The notes beneath the pieces were generated by a model that was given only the letters and a program-made list of their open reading frames with translations, was not told where the DNA came from and ran no database searches. Positions 37,899 to 49,762 of a stretch of 64,000 nt of DNA are shown here, piece by piece. The DNA comes from Sporopachydermia quercuum (taxonomy: Eukaryota): contig BCGN01000002.1 of NCBI GenBank assembly GCA_001599295.1, positions 434,001-498,000 on the forward strand. The letters are read 5' to 3'. A program made the position numbers and the translations under genes. Positions within the stretch are counted from its first letter, which is position 1, and the number at the start of each line of letters is the position of its first letter.

Positions 37899-40845
37899 GA
37901 TTGACAATTTTTAGTGCTGCAGAATATGAAATTAATGCCTTCCTACTTAGGCTGTATGGATGATATGGGTATGTGGAATCTTATCAGCTTTCTGAAACCT
38001 GATATAGAGAATCTGAAAACAAAATTCAGGAGCTCTGATTTTGATTAAAGGCAGATTCACTTTCTCATAAACTTCAAAATAACAACAATCTTCATATCAA
38101 TAATAGCTAATCCACTTGATATATGATCTGTCAACTCAAGATTAATAAACTAGAAAACTTTCATCTCAAGAAATCAATCGGCTCTTTCCCTACAGTTCTG
38201 TACTTGATAATGGAGTAGTCCAATGTTCAGATAGGTAACATTCAGCTTATGAGCACTAGAGAAGATCGTCAGTGAGCGATGCATACTACGGATGATCTGT
38301 TCATCAGGCAGTGAAGAACAATAAAGAAAACAAAAGTGGATTTGTAATTTGAGTAAGTGTTTACATGAGCCGCAATAGCAAAACCCAGACAATAATAATC
38401 ACAAACGATAATGCTCAAGGGAAGACAAGATGGGGTATTAAAATATTACATAATCTTCTATGTACAATGAGGAATTTTAGAATAGGAAAAGTGTACACAA
38501 TAGTGCATTGGAATGCATGAGAAAGCCAGCCTAATAGGTGTAAGACAATGGAACGTGCAGCGGTGCACTGAGCAACTAATCAAACAATTAAATGAGGGTG
38601 TTCTATAACCGCTGGCCAAGTCAACAGAGGCGGTGAAACCAAAACTATTTTTACTCAAAATATATCATTCTTACCATCAATTAATTTTGCCTTTCCTCAC
38701 AGTGCATCTTCCTTAGGTCTGGTAAATGGGATGCCCTACGTATTTTTATGGGACATCGATGCCCCACAAGTCTAAGACAGATAGGTGCTTAGGCAGTGTG
38801 TCATATAAGTAATGAAAAGTCAATGCAAACTTGCTCCCAAACCATCGCTACGCTGTCTGATTTGATTCTGCACGTGTTTTTTTTCTTTCATTTCTTACTT
38901 TATAAAATTTCAACTAGTTTATTGAGATGAAAACTTAGATGCCCTTATGTCATTTGAATTGGAGGTACCCAGCGTAAATGATATTTGTGCTATGGAATCG
39001 TAAAGTAGCATTAATTGTGTCCGGATAGGATTTCCCAATGAGGCATTTAGAAATAATGTTGGCTACAATCATTGTCCTTTTATGGCTTATAATGAATATA
39101 GCAAGAATATATGTCTACGATGATGCTTAGTTCCGGATGTTTTACAATTGAAGTTTTAGACTGAAAACCGTTAATAGGATCTTTTAGAAGAAGAGTGGAG
39201 GAGGAAGCAAGCATAGCAAGAGAACTACAGGAGATTCAGTTTGGCAGTATTTGGAATATACGATAATTCACGAAACTTAATGCTGATTCAATCACACTCA
39301 TGTCCGATATCTACCAGGTTTTCAACTACTGTGGTGTGTGTCCGAAGAATATACGAACCGCTTCACTAGATATAAGGGACAGTTGGAAGCTCATCCTGGG
39401 TGACGGTTAGTACAATGATCCGGCTCGAATATTGATTAGAGCGTTGTCGACTGGTGAAGAGTTTGATGCTAACTAGATTGCAGCACATTATTTTCAGTAT
39501 GAATTTAAATATCTTACCTTTCCTCTTTGAACCACTGAAAATCGCTATTTTTTATCACATTATGCCCATGCTTTTCCTATGATCAATCAAAATCATTATA
39601 CATAGATGTCCAATAAGAGGTGCTCGTATGTTTACCAAATACTCATTCATTTTCAACCGGTTCATAAAATGTTTCAAATAGTAACCGGACAACGGTTTTC
39701 ATCCATATGACAAGAACTTCCGTCTTCTATTTACCATACACTCGGAGTATAAACAGAACAGCTTCCAAACCATTTCGGATACTTTCTAGTATTGTCAACA
39801 CTATATTCAAACGAGTACTACGCAGAACTATGTTCTCTCTCTAATGACCATTGTTCCATACTTCTTCCATTCAACTTCCCACAGTTGGGCAATTGACCCA
39901 GGTTTCAAATACACTGTCCGGATAAACAATTGTCCCATATCACACTTATTGTGTCCCAAACAACCGCTATCAAGAATTTTCTCCCATTCACATTGTCATC
40001 TCACTTTTACCGTCCGCAATTTTTCTCTCGCACTCTTTCTCCTGTCCCGAACTTGTTTTCATTCCAATGTATGTAATATGTAGATTCTTCCTGGAGATCG
40101 AGGCTTGGTTTGATAATAGTTACTGATGCAAATATTGTTGATCTGTAGAGCAAACTGAAAAAGTAAGCAAACCGTTTAGAAGGTGCTTGTTAAAGTAAAC
40201 ATTGAGTTGTACACTGTGGAACTGCAAGGTAGATCGGGCGATTGAAGCACTTGAANCAAACACATACCATACCAACTGGAAGTTAGTGAATTGTTTGTCC
40301 AAGTAAACAATACTNCAAAAGAAACGTCTGTTGTTGGTATTGAAAGAACAATAATAATCAAGTCAATTGGCGTTTAGTTGAATTGTAGTGAAGATTTGCA
40401 AAACAATTGGTTGCTGGGTATCAGAGTCAATTAAGTAGCTGATCGGCCGAACAAACAAACAAACAACAGTACTAGATAGTATCTATTGTCCATAATACCA
40501 TTCATACACTATTTACATTAGTCATAACAAAGTATCAAGACGCGAATAGATAAGAATTCTGATATAGGAAATCTCTGTATTGATCGATGGTTGGAAAATA
40601 GACAGAGATATCTGATTCAAATTGAATACCTGGTTAAGAACGTGGAACTTAATGGTGCTTGATATTTTGATGTATCATTGAACGTGGAAGGCTAAACATT
40701 GAGGTTCAACTAAGAGCAAGAAGGATCTATAAAGAATTGGACATTCAAAGGACATTCTCATATTGAATATTTCAAAAACTTATCATCAAACCAATCATTA
40801 ACAGAAGTATACTTCACCCTTACATAACTGAAATCTAACATCACA

Positions 40846-42939
40846 ATGAACCAAGATCATCTANCCTCAACAGCACAAGGTGCGCTGACTCAATCATTGA
40901 GCACACACATTATGCTAACGAACACACAAGTTAACTCACAAGTTAATAGCTTGGGAGTGACAAATCAAGGATCACCAGCACAATCGTTACCAAGAAAAAG
41001 AAAAATACCTGATGACCATATTATCTCCCAAGCAATTGCAGAGTATAGGAACCCACAAAATACTAAATCTATCAGAAAGCTTGCTGCTGAATACGGCATA
41101 CCTAAATCAACTCTTCATGGACGTTGCAAAGAACAAGAAAAGTTGCTTTCGTCTCCTGACCAGACTCATTTGAAGGGCAACCGCCGTACTTCGAGATTTT
41201 CAGCGAATTTAACTGCATCACCAGCACATATATCTTCTCACGATGCNTCTAACTTAGCTGGCAATTCCCCAAACAACAGATCTGTTGTTGGAAATACTGG
41301 TATGGTTGGCGGTCCTGGAGGCATGCAACAACAACAACTAAGAAAGCCCAACCGACCAATGAATGCAGATATGGTAGATGGAACATCTTCAGGTGGAGGT
41401 AACACAGGAAGTGGCCAATCTTCCTCAGGACACGTTTCTCAGAACAATAGAGGTGTTCGATCGCGAGGAGGGATAGCTACAGGATTGGTGTCAAACGATG
41501 GAAGTACATTAGGGGCTTTAGGCTTAAATGATGATTTGGACTATCCAGCTATTGTCACATCTACTTCTTCATTGGGAACGATATCAACAGAAGCAAGCAA
41601 AGTGGCCAACCAATTGACAGCTATTGAAGAAAGTCTTTTGGCAATGTTTTTAGAAACCTTGTCAGCACTGTATTTCACACCAACTAGAAAGCTGATTGAG
41701 TCTTATGCTTTGAATATACAAAGCATGAAGTTTCATGACTATATAAGACGTCAGAAATCAAATGGACTCAGTGTACCTATTGTCAATAATTTATTAGGAA
41801 TGGAACGAGGCATTTGCCATATCAGATCACAGTTTGTTTCTCGCCTGTTTAATAGACTCTCTAATAGAAGAGTCGGCAGTACTGCTATTACTTTGACAGA
41901 TTTGCTTGCTTCTTCTATGAATCTCCATCTTAGAAGTGGGCCCATTGGTCAAAATTCAGGACATCACAATAATAGGACAGGAAATAACAATAATAACGGG
42001 TCTAATGCTAAGAATAATAACACTGGTGGTAACTCTGAGACCGGCAATAATGAAGCCAATAACGCTGATCCTGGTAACACTATGTCTCCTGTACTTAGTG
42101 ACATCTATTCAAGTGCCAATGCCTTATCCTTCGGAGGAATTGATCTTCAAATGCGTGATTTCACTGTTTTACTACCAATTTTGATCAACAGACTTAACGT
42201 CGCCATAGATAATGTCTTCTTCCTCAACGAAGTCTCATCTACTGTTTCCTCATCCTTATCGTCCGGAGAAGCAGGAGGNACTATTGAATTCTCAGAAACA
42301 AACACTATCACTCTAGTAGAACTAGTAAGAGGATCAGGTACCCTGGTTAACCCAGGATATTTTATATCTAAATTTGAATCAATAGGTACGGGCTCATTGA
42401 ACTCTCAAGCTTTAGATTTAGCATCAACGAACCCGGAGATGTTTGGATCGCATAATGCAAATCTATTTGCTCTTCAAGAAGACAGTCAGCCACCTAGTAG
42501 CTATCAAAGCATAACATTAAGAACAGGATCATCTTCAGATGGATTTTTCCACTCACGAAATGCTTCAGAATACTTCCAGGATGTTTTTGTATTTGATTCT
42601 CAATACAAAATACTTGTTGTTGATCGTTATATCTCGTTTCTCAATGAAGAGATTTTGGACTTCTTTCGAAGAAACAAGATTATATTATTATTTCTTCCCA
42701 GTATTTATAACAGTCCTTATAATGAAACAAATGGCAGTATTTCTAGCAATGTAATGTTGAATTTAAGCTGCAGTTTCTTAAACCAGGTTCGAGGTATCCG
42801 GAACCAATTGGATTCAATTGTACAGAATTTGGAGCAAGAAACAAGTGACAATACTATCTCTGGTGTTATTCGAGTTAGAAGTAACACGTTCATAAATGAT
42901 TGGATTGCTAAGTATGAAGGTGCACGAGCACGACTATAA
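40846..42939 (+). CDS. Pogo/Fot1 transposase-derived (CENP-B-like) protein, probably domesticated
   Basis: Psq-type HTH (AIAEYR...SIRKLAAEYGIPKSTLHGR) and CENP-B-type HTH (LTAIEESLLAMFL...TPTRKLIESYA). Degenerate DDE_1 blocks are NVFFLNEV, TITLVELVRGSG and ILVVDRYISFLNEEILDFFRRNKIILLFLP. The 697-aa ORF is uninterrupted. Confidence 0.8.
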   Translation: MNQDHLXSTAQGALTQSLSTHIMLTNTQVNSQVNSLGVTNQGSPAQSLPRKRKIPDDHIISQAIAEYRNPQNTKSIRKLAAEYGIPKSTLHGRCKEQEKLLSSPDQTHLKGNRRTSRFSANLTASPAHISSHDXSNLAGNSPNNRSVVGNTGMVGGPGGMQQQQLRKPNRPMNADMVDGTSSGGGNTGSGQSSSGHVSQNNRGVRSRGGIATGLVSNDGSTLGALGLNDDLDYPAIVTSTSSLGTISTEASKVANQLTAIEESLLAMFLETLSALYFTPTRKLIESYALNIQSMKFHDYIRRQKSNGLSVPIVNNLLGMERGICHIRSQFVSRLFNRLSNRRVGSTAITLTDLLASSMNLHLRSGPIGQNSGHHNNRTGNNNNNGSNAKNNNTGGNSETGNNEANNADPGNTMSPVLSDIYSSANALSFGGIDLQMRDFTVLLPILINRLNVAIDNVFFLNEVSSTVSSSLSSGEAGXTIEFSETNTITLVELVRGSGTLVNPGYFISKFESIGTGSLNSQALDLASTNPEMFGSHNANLFALQEDSQPPSSYQSITLRTGSSSDGFFHSRNASEYFQDVFVFDSQYKILVVDRYISFLNEEILDFFRRNKIILLFLPSIYNSPYNETNGSISSNVMLNLSCSFLNQVRGIRNQLDSIVQNLEQETSDNTISGVIRVRSNTFINDWIAKYEGARARL

Positions 42940-44152
42940 CTGATCTAGATAATTGAGATGTGGTGAAAGTGCTGAGATAAAATAGTATATTAGTGGTACA
43001 TTAGTTAGTATCTTGGTATCGTTGATGACGGTGCGTTATAGTGTTGCTTATCAATAGCACTATCTACTTAGTGATTTATTATTGTCATTATCTCTTTATT
43101 CTACGGTTGTTCTCTTTGTTCCTTGCCTGTTGGTATATCATTGTTGCTACACTTTTGTCCATTTCCTTTCCTTCTCTTTTGCTATTCCCTGTTCTTTCTT
43201 TTTTATTCATAAACACTGCGCTCATGGAGGATGGTTAACCAGGAGCCCAGTTTATTACGGCTTTATTTTTTCTATCTCTTACGGGGATAGCTGGGACTGG
43301 AGATTTATAACTTTTACCTAACTGACAAAAACAGTTTCACCCTATTTCTAGTATTTTTATTTCATTATCTTATTGACTTTACCTCCCTATTTTTGTATTG
43401 TATGATTGCTCTTTTTCTGTCATCCTGCATCTCATTCTTTTCTTTCAATGGTTCATTGATGGCGATTGACGTCTGCACCACGCTGGGTATCAACGTGACT
43501 ACCTATCTGCTACGGTGTGTTTGGTTGCGGAGGACATATATGTGTTTTTTATATTGCCATTTTGCTATGTGTTGTGTATAGTAGTGTGTATTCTATTTGT
43601 TTGTATATCTACCTGTTTTATATTGTGGAAAAAACTGATTTTTATATACTATAACGGTAAGATTGTAGAAGAAGAACTCGAACCAGTATTTGACATGGAG
43701 CTCAAANACTATTGAAGAACTGGTAGGAGGATATGCACTACTAGTAGATTCTGTGCATAGATGCTCATTATGTATCCTTTGGTGAATTAAACCAAAAAAG
43801 AAGCNATACCTTTTTCTCTTTCTCATAATCACGTTGGAATCTTTCCAGAGGTAGTATCACTCAACGTCTTCTCTCCCTCTAGAAGATTATACAGTGAGAG
43901 CTGATACCAGGGAAGGGTAACTAAACATGAAAGGAGACATGAAGGCCTTGGATCTCAGTCTCATTGGGCAAGCAATGTGAGAATTATTCACTTCTTATTA
44001 GTGTCTGTCCTATCCGATAGTACCAGTCATATAAATAGATACGATGCCATCTATCGCCGTAAACAAAATATCGAGATATTATTCTTATTATCAGCAAATT
44101 GGGTGTTGAATCGAAAACATCAATCATTGTTATAAGCTTTATTTAGTACAAA

Positions 44153-44847
44153 ATGTTTGCCAGAATTCATACTACAGCTTTCGCTTCCAGCAAGAGATTT
44201 TTCTCTTCCACAGTTGCTGCTAATAAAACCAAAGTGTTCTTCGTACCTGGTGTTTACGAAGGAAAAACTGGTAAGTTCCAATTGGTGTCTGAATGGCTGT
44301 AACCCATGTTTAGATATGGCGAAAGCTTTCAGTTTCGTTCGAAATTGAACAAATGAATCCATTGTATTAACTGAGTACTCTAGCGAAGCCATTACCAAAA
44401 ATCGAATTTGAACTATATGATGACGTTTGTCCTAAGACAGCTGAAAACTTCAGAGCTCTTTGCACTGGTGAAAAGGGATTTGGATATGCCAACAGTCCTT
44501 TCCACAGAATTATTCCCCAATTCATGATTCAAGGCGGTGACTTCACTAATGGCAATGGTACTGGTGGTAAATCTATCTACGGCAACAGGTTCGATGACGA
44601 AGACTTTTCCAAGAAGCATGATAGACCTGGCCTTTTATCTATGGCTAATGCCGGTCCCAATACCAATGGATCTCAGTTTTTCATTACCACTGTTCCTTGC
44701 CCTTGGTTAGATGGAAAGCATGTTGTTTTTGGTGAAGTTACTGAAGGTTATGACACTGTTAAGATTCTCGAGAAGTATGGTTCTTCTTATGGTACTCCCT
44801 CTGCCAAGATTGTTGTTCTTGAAGCTGGTGAAATCAAAGACGAGTAA
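44153..44847 (+). CDS. CPR3: Mitochondrial cyclophilin Cpr3 (2 exons: 44153-44270, 44384-44847)
   Basis: Presequence-like [19 protein letters not shown], then KVFF.../[46 protein letters not shown] and [10 protein letters not shown]. The intron is GTAAGT...TATTAAC...TAG. Confidence 0.93.
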
Positions 44848-46027
44848 ATAATTGAGCTTGCTTCTATCTAGTTGTAAGTGCTTAATGATATAATGCTTCT
44901 TGTATATGACTGATGATTTATTCACTGAATTGAATTGAATAGAAGTATTTAATATGAATGCATAGTAGATGCAAGTTTATGCATGTCATGAAATGTATGA
45001 CTTAAGTTGTTTTGATAGTGTAGTATGTCGAAGACGCTGATGGACACGAGCATAGTAAAGCGCGACGTAGCAGGAGCGGTTCCTATAGCCTGGTCAACAT
45101 ACATTATGCAATTATAAAATTAATTTTGGCTACTTAAATAATCCACCTAAATAATCAAACAAATTAAAGCAAATCTCCTAAAATACTAGTAAAATCTATC
45201 AAAAGTATAGATTCTAAAAGTATTTCTAAATCATTTCCACTTGATCTCCCGGCCTCCCCCTTCAATATACAGTCTTTGTCGTATGTCACAAACCTTTCCG
45301 CTTACATCGGGATTTGCTTCACTTTTTCCTTACATTAATCACAGTCACCCCTTTCTTCTACTGAAGATAAGTAAATCGATTGATATCATAATACCTTTTG
45401 ACTATAATCAACCACTTGTGATCGATGACAGAGCACTGTTCTGCTTCATTGTTGTATGGTATGTAAATCTTCGATGGGTATCTCTTGTTTTCTATGATTG
45501 ATGTCACATATACATATTCGTCACCTTGTATCAACGACGCACTGTCGGAGACCGTATGTACTGGATCCGAAGGTTATCAACTACAGGAGTATCAATAACA
45601 CTGCATACAATTACTATACACTTGATACCTGAAACAAATCAGGCGTTTTCATGACACAAAGCGCTCCCAACGGTTTTGCTTGTACCTGTGGGCCAATCAC
45701 ACAGGTCATAGGATCTGATCTATTGTCATGATATGCTGATATAGGTAGTATAGTAAGCAGGGACACATAACTTTTTAAACAGATGGACGCACTTCTACAC
45801 ACTTCCCTGTTAATCGTGAAAAACGGTGATCATCAAAATATTTAAAACCATGCGGGAATATCTAGCTTAACTGATAAGATCGTTGATTTTTACTAACAAA
45901 CATCTGTTCTCGAACAGCATAGAGTAATATTGTCTATTGCTTTTCAACTTTTTTCCATTACTCAGCTACTTCTATAACATCCAATTGACTCAAGCCATTG
46001 GGATTACGTGAGCATTTATAATTCACA

Positions 46028-48138
46028 ATGGATTCCATCAAAGATAAGATCCAGAACATATCATTGTATGATGTGAAGGCTTACGTCCGGAAGGCGCAAA
46101 ATGGTAAGTAGAAATTGGTTGTGGTGGTGAAAAGAGGATCGTTAGAATGTATGGTAAATCCTAATGGAAGTCATTCACAGAGTGCAATGTGACCGGGCAG
46201 AGTAAACATGATAGTTGATGATATAAATGATGGTTTACCTTAAGAGAGAATGATAGAAACTTTTTTGTCAATGCAGAACATAGTTCTTGCTACAGTCTTT
46301 CAATGCCCTCAACGTCTGCTCAATATATTAATAGCTTTTTTTCTTGAACCAACAGCAGTTCGAACTGAAAAAAGATTGATGAGAATGGACCATGCACGAG
46401 GAGTGAGGTTAGATTGACAACTTGGTTGGGGATACAGATTTGCAGTAAAGGTGTCACTGATATCTGGCAATAAGGATAAATCATGTCACTATGCAAATTT
46501 CTAGAGTGAAAATGAAACGAAGTACTTAGAAATGGAAGTCTTGACTAATTGTCATTCTCATGTTTCTTGTTTGCCTGCCTGTTACCTCCTCTCATCAGCN
46601 ACTGCTATGCTGTCATCTTAGCTACCTATTCTATCGGGGGTTTCCAAAAACCCTTGTTTTTCTTCCTATTTGTACACGACAAGTTTTGTCAATGTCACTT
46701 GTTCAATTGTCATGGTAATCAGCTACTTAATGTACTATTGAAGCAATGCAACCCTAGCTATTCTGTCAACCTATCTAACATGATCGATCCTTTATCTTTA
46801 TTTCTCTTGATTCTTCTATTATCACAGCTAACAAAATTTCTAGCCGTTATGAATTACACTGAAACCGAAGCTAAAGTAAGGGAAGCCACCAACAACGAAC
46901 CTTGGGGTGCCAGTTCTACTTTAATGCAAGAAATTGCCCAAGCTACAAATAACTATCAACAACGAGTAGAAGCCTTAAGTTTCATCTTCCGTAGATTTCA
47001 AGATAAGTCAGCCCACGAATGGAGACAGATTTACAAAGCTCTACAATTATTGGAATATCTCATCAAAAATGGTAGTGAAAGAGTAATCGACGATGCTAGA
47101 GCTAACCTAAGTCTTATACAAATGCTCAAATCTTTTCATTATATTGATCAAAATGGTAAAGATCAAGGAATCAATGTTCGAAATAGAGCAAAGGAGTTGA
47201 CTGTTTTACTTAATGATGACTCATTAATACGATCTGAACGGAAAAAGGCAAGAGAAAACTTGCAAAAGTATAAAGGAATGTCGTCAAATGGATTATATGG
47301 TAATAGTTCAATTGGTGGAAGCAGTTATGCTTCAAGTTCTAATTACGGGAATGAAGATTATTACGATGATACCACCGGGGAGTACGGTGGATATTCTGGA
47401 GGGATTTATGGTGATGGAGGAGTTTTTGGTGAAAGGTTTGATGCTGAAGATTCAGGAATAAGAAGTTCTAGAGGAACTGGTAATGGTTTCACTAGTGGAA
47501 GTAGAAGTGAGAAGAAAAGATTTGAGGAGTATGAAGATAGTAGTAGTGAGAGTGTTAATGATAAGGGATATTCACAAGCAGCCACCAGTAAAGTTAATGC
47601 TGCTGGCAGCTCGAGCCGTGCTAGTTCTGGTGCTGGAGCTGGAGCTGGCAGTTTAATGGATTTCCTTGATGCGCCACCTGCAAGTTCCGCAGGTGCTGCA
47701 ACAGAGGACGACGATGAGTTCACCGATTTCCAAACGGCACCTACAGAAACTGCAACTGGCACAGGATCTGCTGTAGCACTAAGTAAAGATATCCTTGCAG
47801 ATTTATTCAGCTCTGGCTCCAGCAACACTGCTNCTAATAATGATTTGAATGTGTTCATGTCAAATGTTCCCCCAGCCAATTCCAATTCGAACTTCAGTGG
47901 CAACTTTGGTTCTAACTCCAATACCTTTGGCTCTTTTGCTACTAATACTGGTAGCACCAATAACACAGCTCAATCTAATGTTTCTTCTGCATCATCAAAA
48001 CCTGACCCTTTTTCTTCATTGTTGTTCTCTGCTAAAACAACCAAAAAGAGTGATCATCATGCAAGAAGTGTTGATGCGGCTAGTACTAGCACCAGTAAAC
48101 CAACTACTGCTGGAAATTCTATGGACTTATTACTATAA
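46028..48138 (+). CDS. ENT3: ENTH-domain epsin-related protein Ent3 (2 coding exons: 46028-46103, 46844-48138)
   Basis: SLYDVKAYVRKAQN/AVMNYTETEAKVREATNNEPWGASS...EWRQIYKALQLLEYL, DDDEFTDFQ and a C-terminal DLLL. The 740-nt intron is GTAAGT...GCTAAC...TAG. Confidence 0.94.
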
Positions 48139-49485
48139 TTGCAGTGTTTATCTACGAACCGAACTGTGAAGAATGACCGTTACTGTGATTATTGGAAGTT
48201 TTACCTGATATTTGAATATGGTATGTGATAATTGGTAGATAGGAGATGATGAAAGCTGTTTTAACAAACATGTTTTATTCGAGTATGAGTAGTATAAACA
48301 CGTAGAAATATGAAGGANAACCTGCTTGATGCTGTAGAATTGAATCGTTAGTATAAGAAACAAGATTTGAGACGTTGAATGAGTAGTTGTAGTTGGGAGT
48401 AGTGAACAATATACACAGAATAAGGTATTNAGCATGGATTAGGTTGCATGATGCATAACGAATATTACTACCACTTGAACAAATAATATTTGTATATTCC
48501 CACAGGGTAAGAAAAATTCAAGCTAGATAAAACAAGTTCATTCAAATATTCCGTTTAACTCTGAAAGACTAAAGAGACCATTTAAAGAAAACTAAAGTAC
48601 GTTTCGTGCTTAGGTGATATTGTCACCAAGATCTTGGAAGCGCAGAATGAGTTTATAGATGAACAAACGAAGAACGACGATCAGACTGGGGCAGTATGTA
48701 GCGAACCAGAAATTGAAATGGATAGCAATACTATAGTATTTTGTGATACTGCTGGTGACATTGGAATTTCTGTTGCTGTCGATCAATTTTCTCTGAAAGA
48801 TAGTAATGAAGTACTAGTTGTGGAAATTATCTTAGTTTGATCTACGGTTGGTATTCATTTCTTCATACAACTAACGCCATAAAATGTCATGTCATACTCA
48901 TAGTACGACATACACCTTATTGGTGCCTGCTGTACATCACGTGTGTGACATGACGCAGAACTCATGCAGACTCATAACTCTTATCCGTATCAACATAGGA
49001 TTGATTATTTGAATGATATGACTGATCCTGAATTAATTATTAAAAAAAGATTGATCCTGATCTTGGCTTGATAGGTTGAAAGTTTAGTATATTATTCTTG
49101 TGTGCTTGTTTGCTATTGAACTAGCTATTGATGATTATTTTTGAAATTGAAGATTAAGCCAAGTAGGAGAGACAGCAAGNAATTAACATAGAACATATTG
49201 TGTTCTATGTCTATCAGCAAAACATACTGCAAGTCATTCATTAACTTGCTTATTTCATACAGTGAATCATCAAAGGACATAGTTATTATTGTCAATTTTA
49301 TTGTCAATATACTGCTTCTGTTCTAGTTGATATATATTTTTTTATTAGGAGGACGTATAAATAAATAATTGCTCCATTAATAGGATATGACATGTGCTGT
49401 ANTAGTGATAGGTACTGTCTTACATTGATTTTAATTAGTGGTATCTCAGGGCACTCCTAACAGCAATTTCTTGGATGTTTTTCTG

Positions 49486-49528
49486 ATTATATTATATTAT
49501 ATTATATTATATTATATTATATTATATT
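49486..49528. repeat. (ATTAT)8 microsatellite
   Basis: Perfect tandem pentamer downstream of GSF2. Confidence 0.9.
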
Positions 49529-49762
49529 GTCATAGTTGCAGAACGTTTACATCGTCTTTTATAAAAAGACGATATAAATAACGAACCAAATACATTGGAT
49601 CTCTCACTTAGCTTGCCTGATATTCTCAAACAACATAATACATTCAAAAATAATACATTATTAACGTTATTAACACTATTACAACTATCTCAACTTGGTA
49701 TTGGTACTGGTAGTTGGTATATATTANNTTCACTACCTTACTTTATTTCGCTTACTTATTCC

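Noticed and set aside
43000..43850. Several short hydrophobic ORFs or a possible LTR after the transposase-derived gene
   Set aside because: T-rich composition explains the ORFs. There is no repeat partner, TIR or target duplication, so this is probably 3' UTR or intergenic DNA.
46549..46843. Hydrophobic N-terminal extension of the ENT3 ORF
   Set aside because: It is in-frame read-back into the intron from a non-ATG start. The conserved N-terminus lies in exon 1 at 46028.
48634..48840. 68-aa acidic ORF
   Set aside because: Non-ATG start, no recognisable domain and no splice signals linking it to a gene.
48937..49060. TCACGTG as CDEI of a point centromere
   Set aside because: No very AT-rich CDEII and no CDEIII follow.
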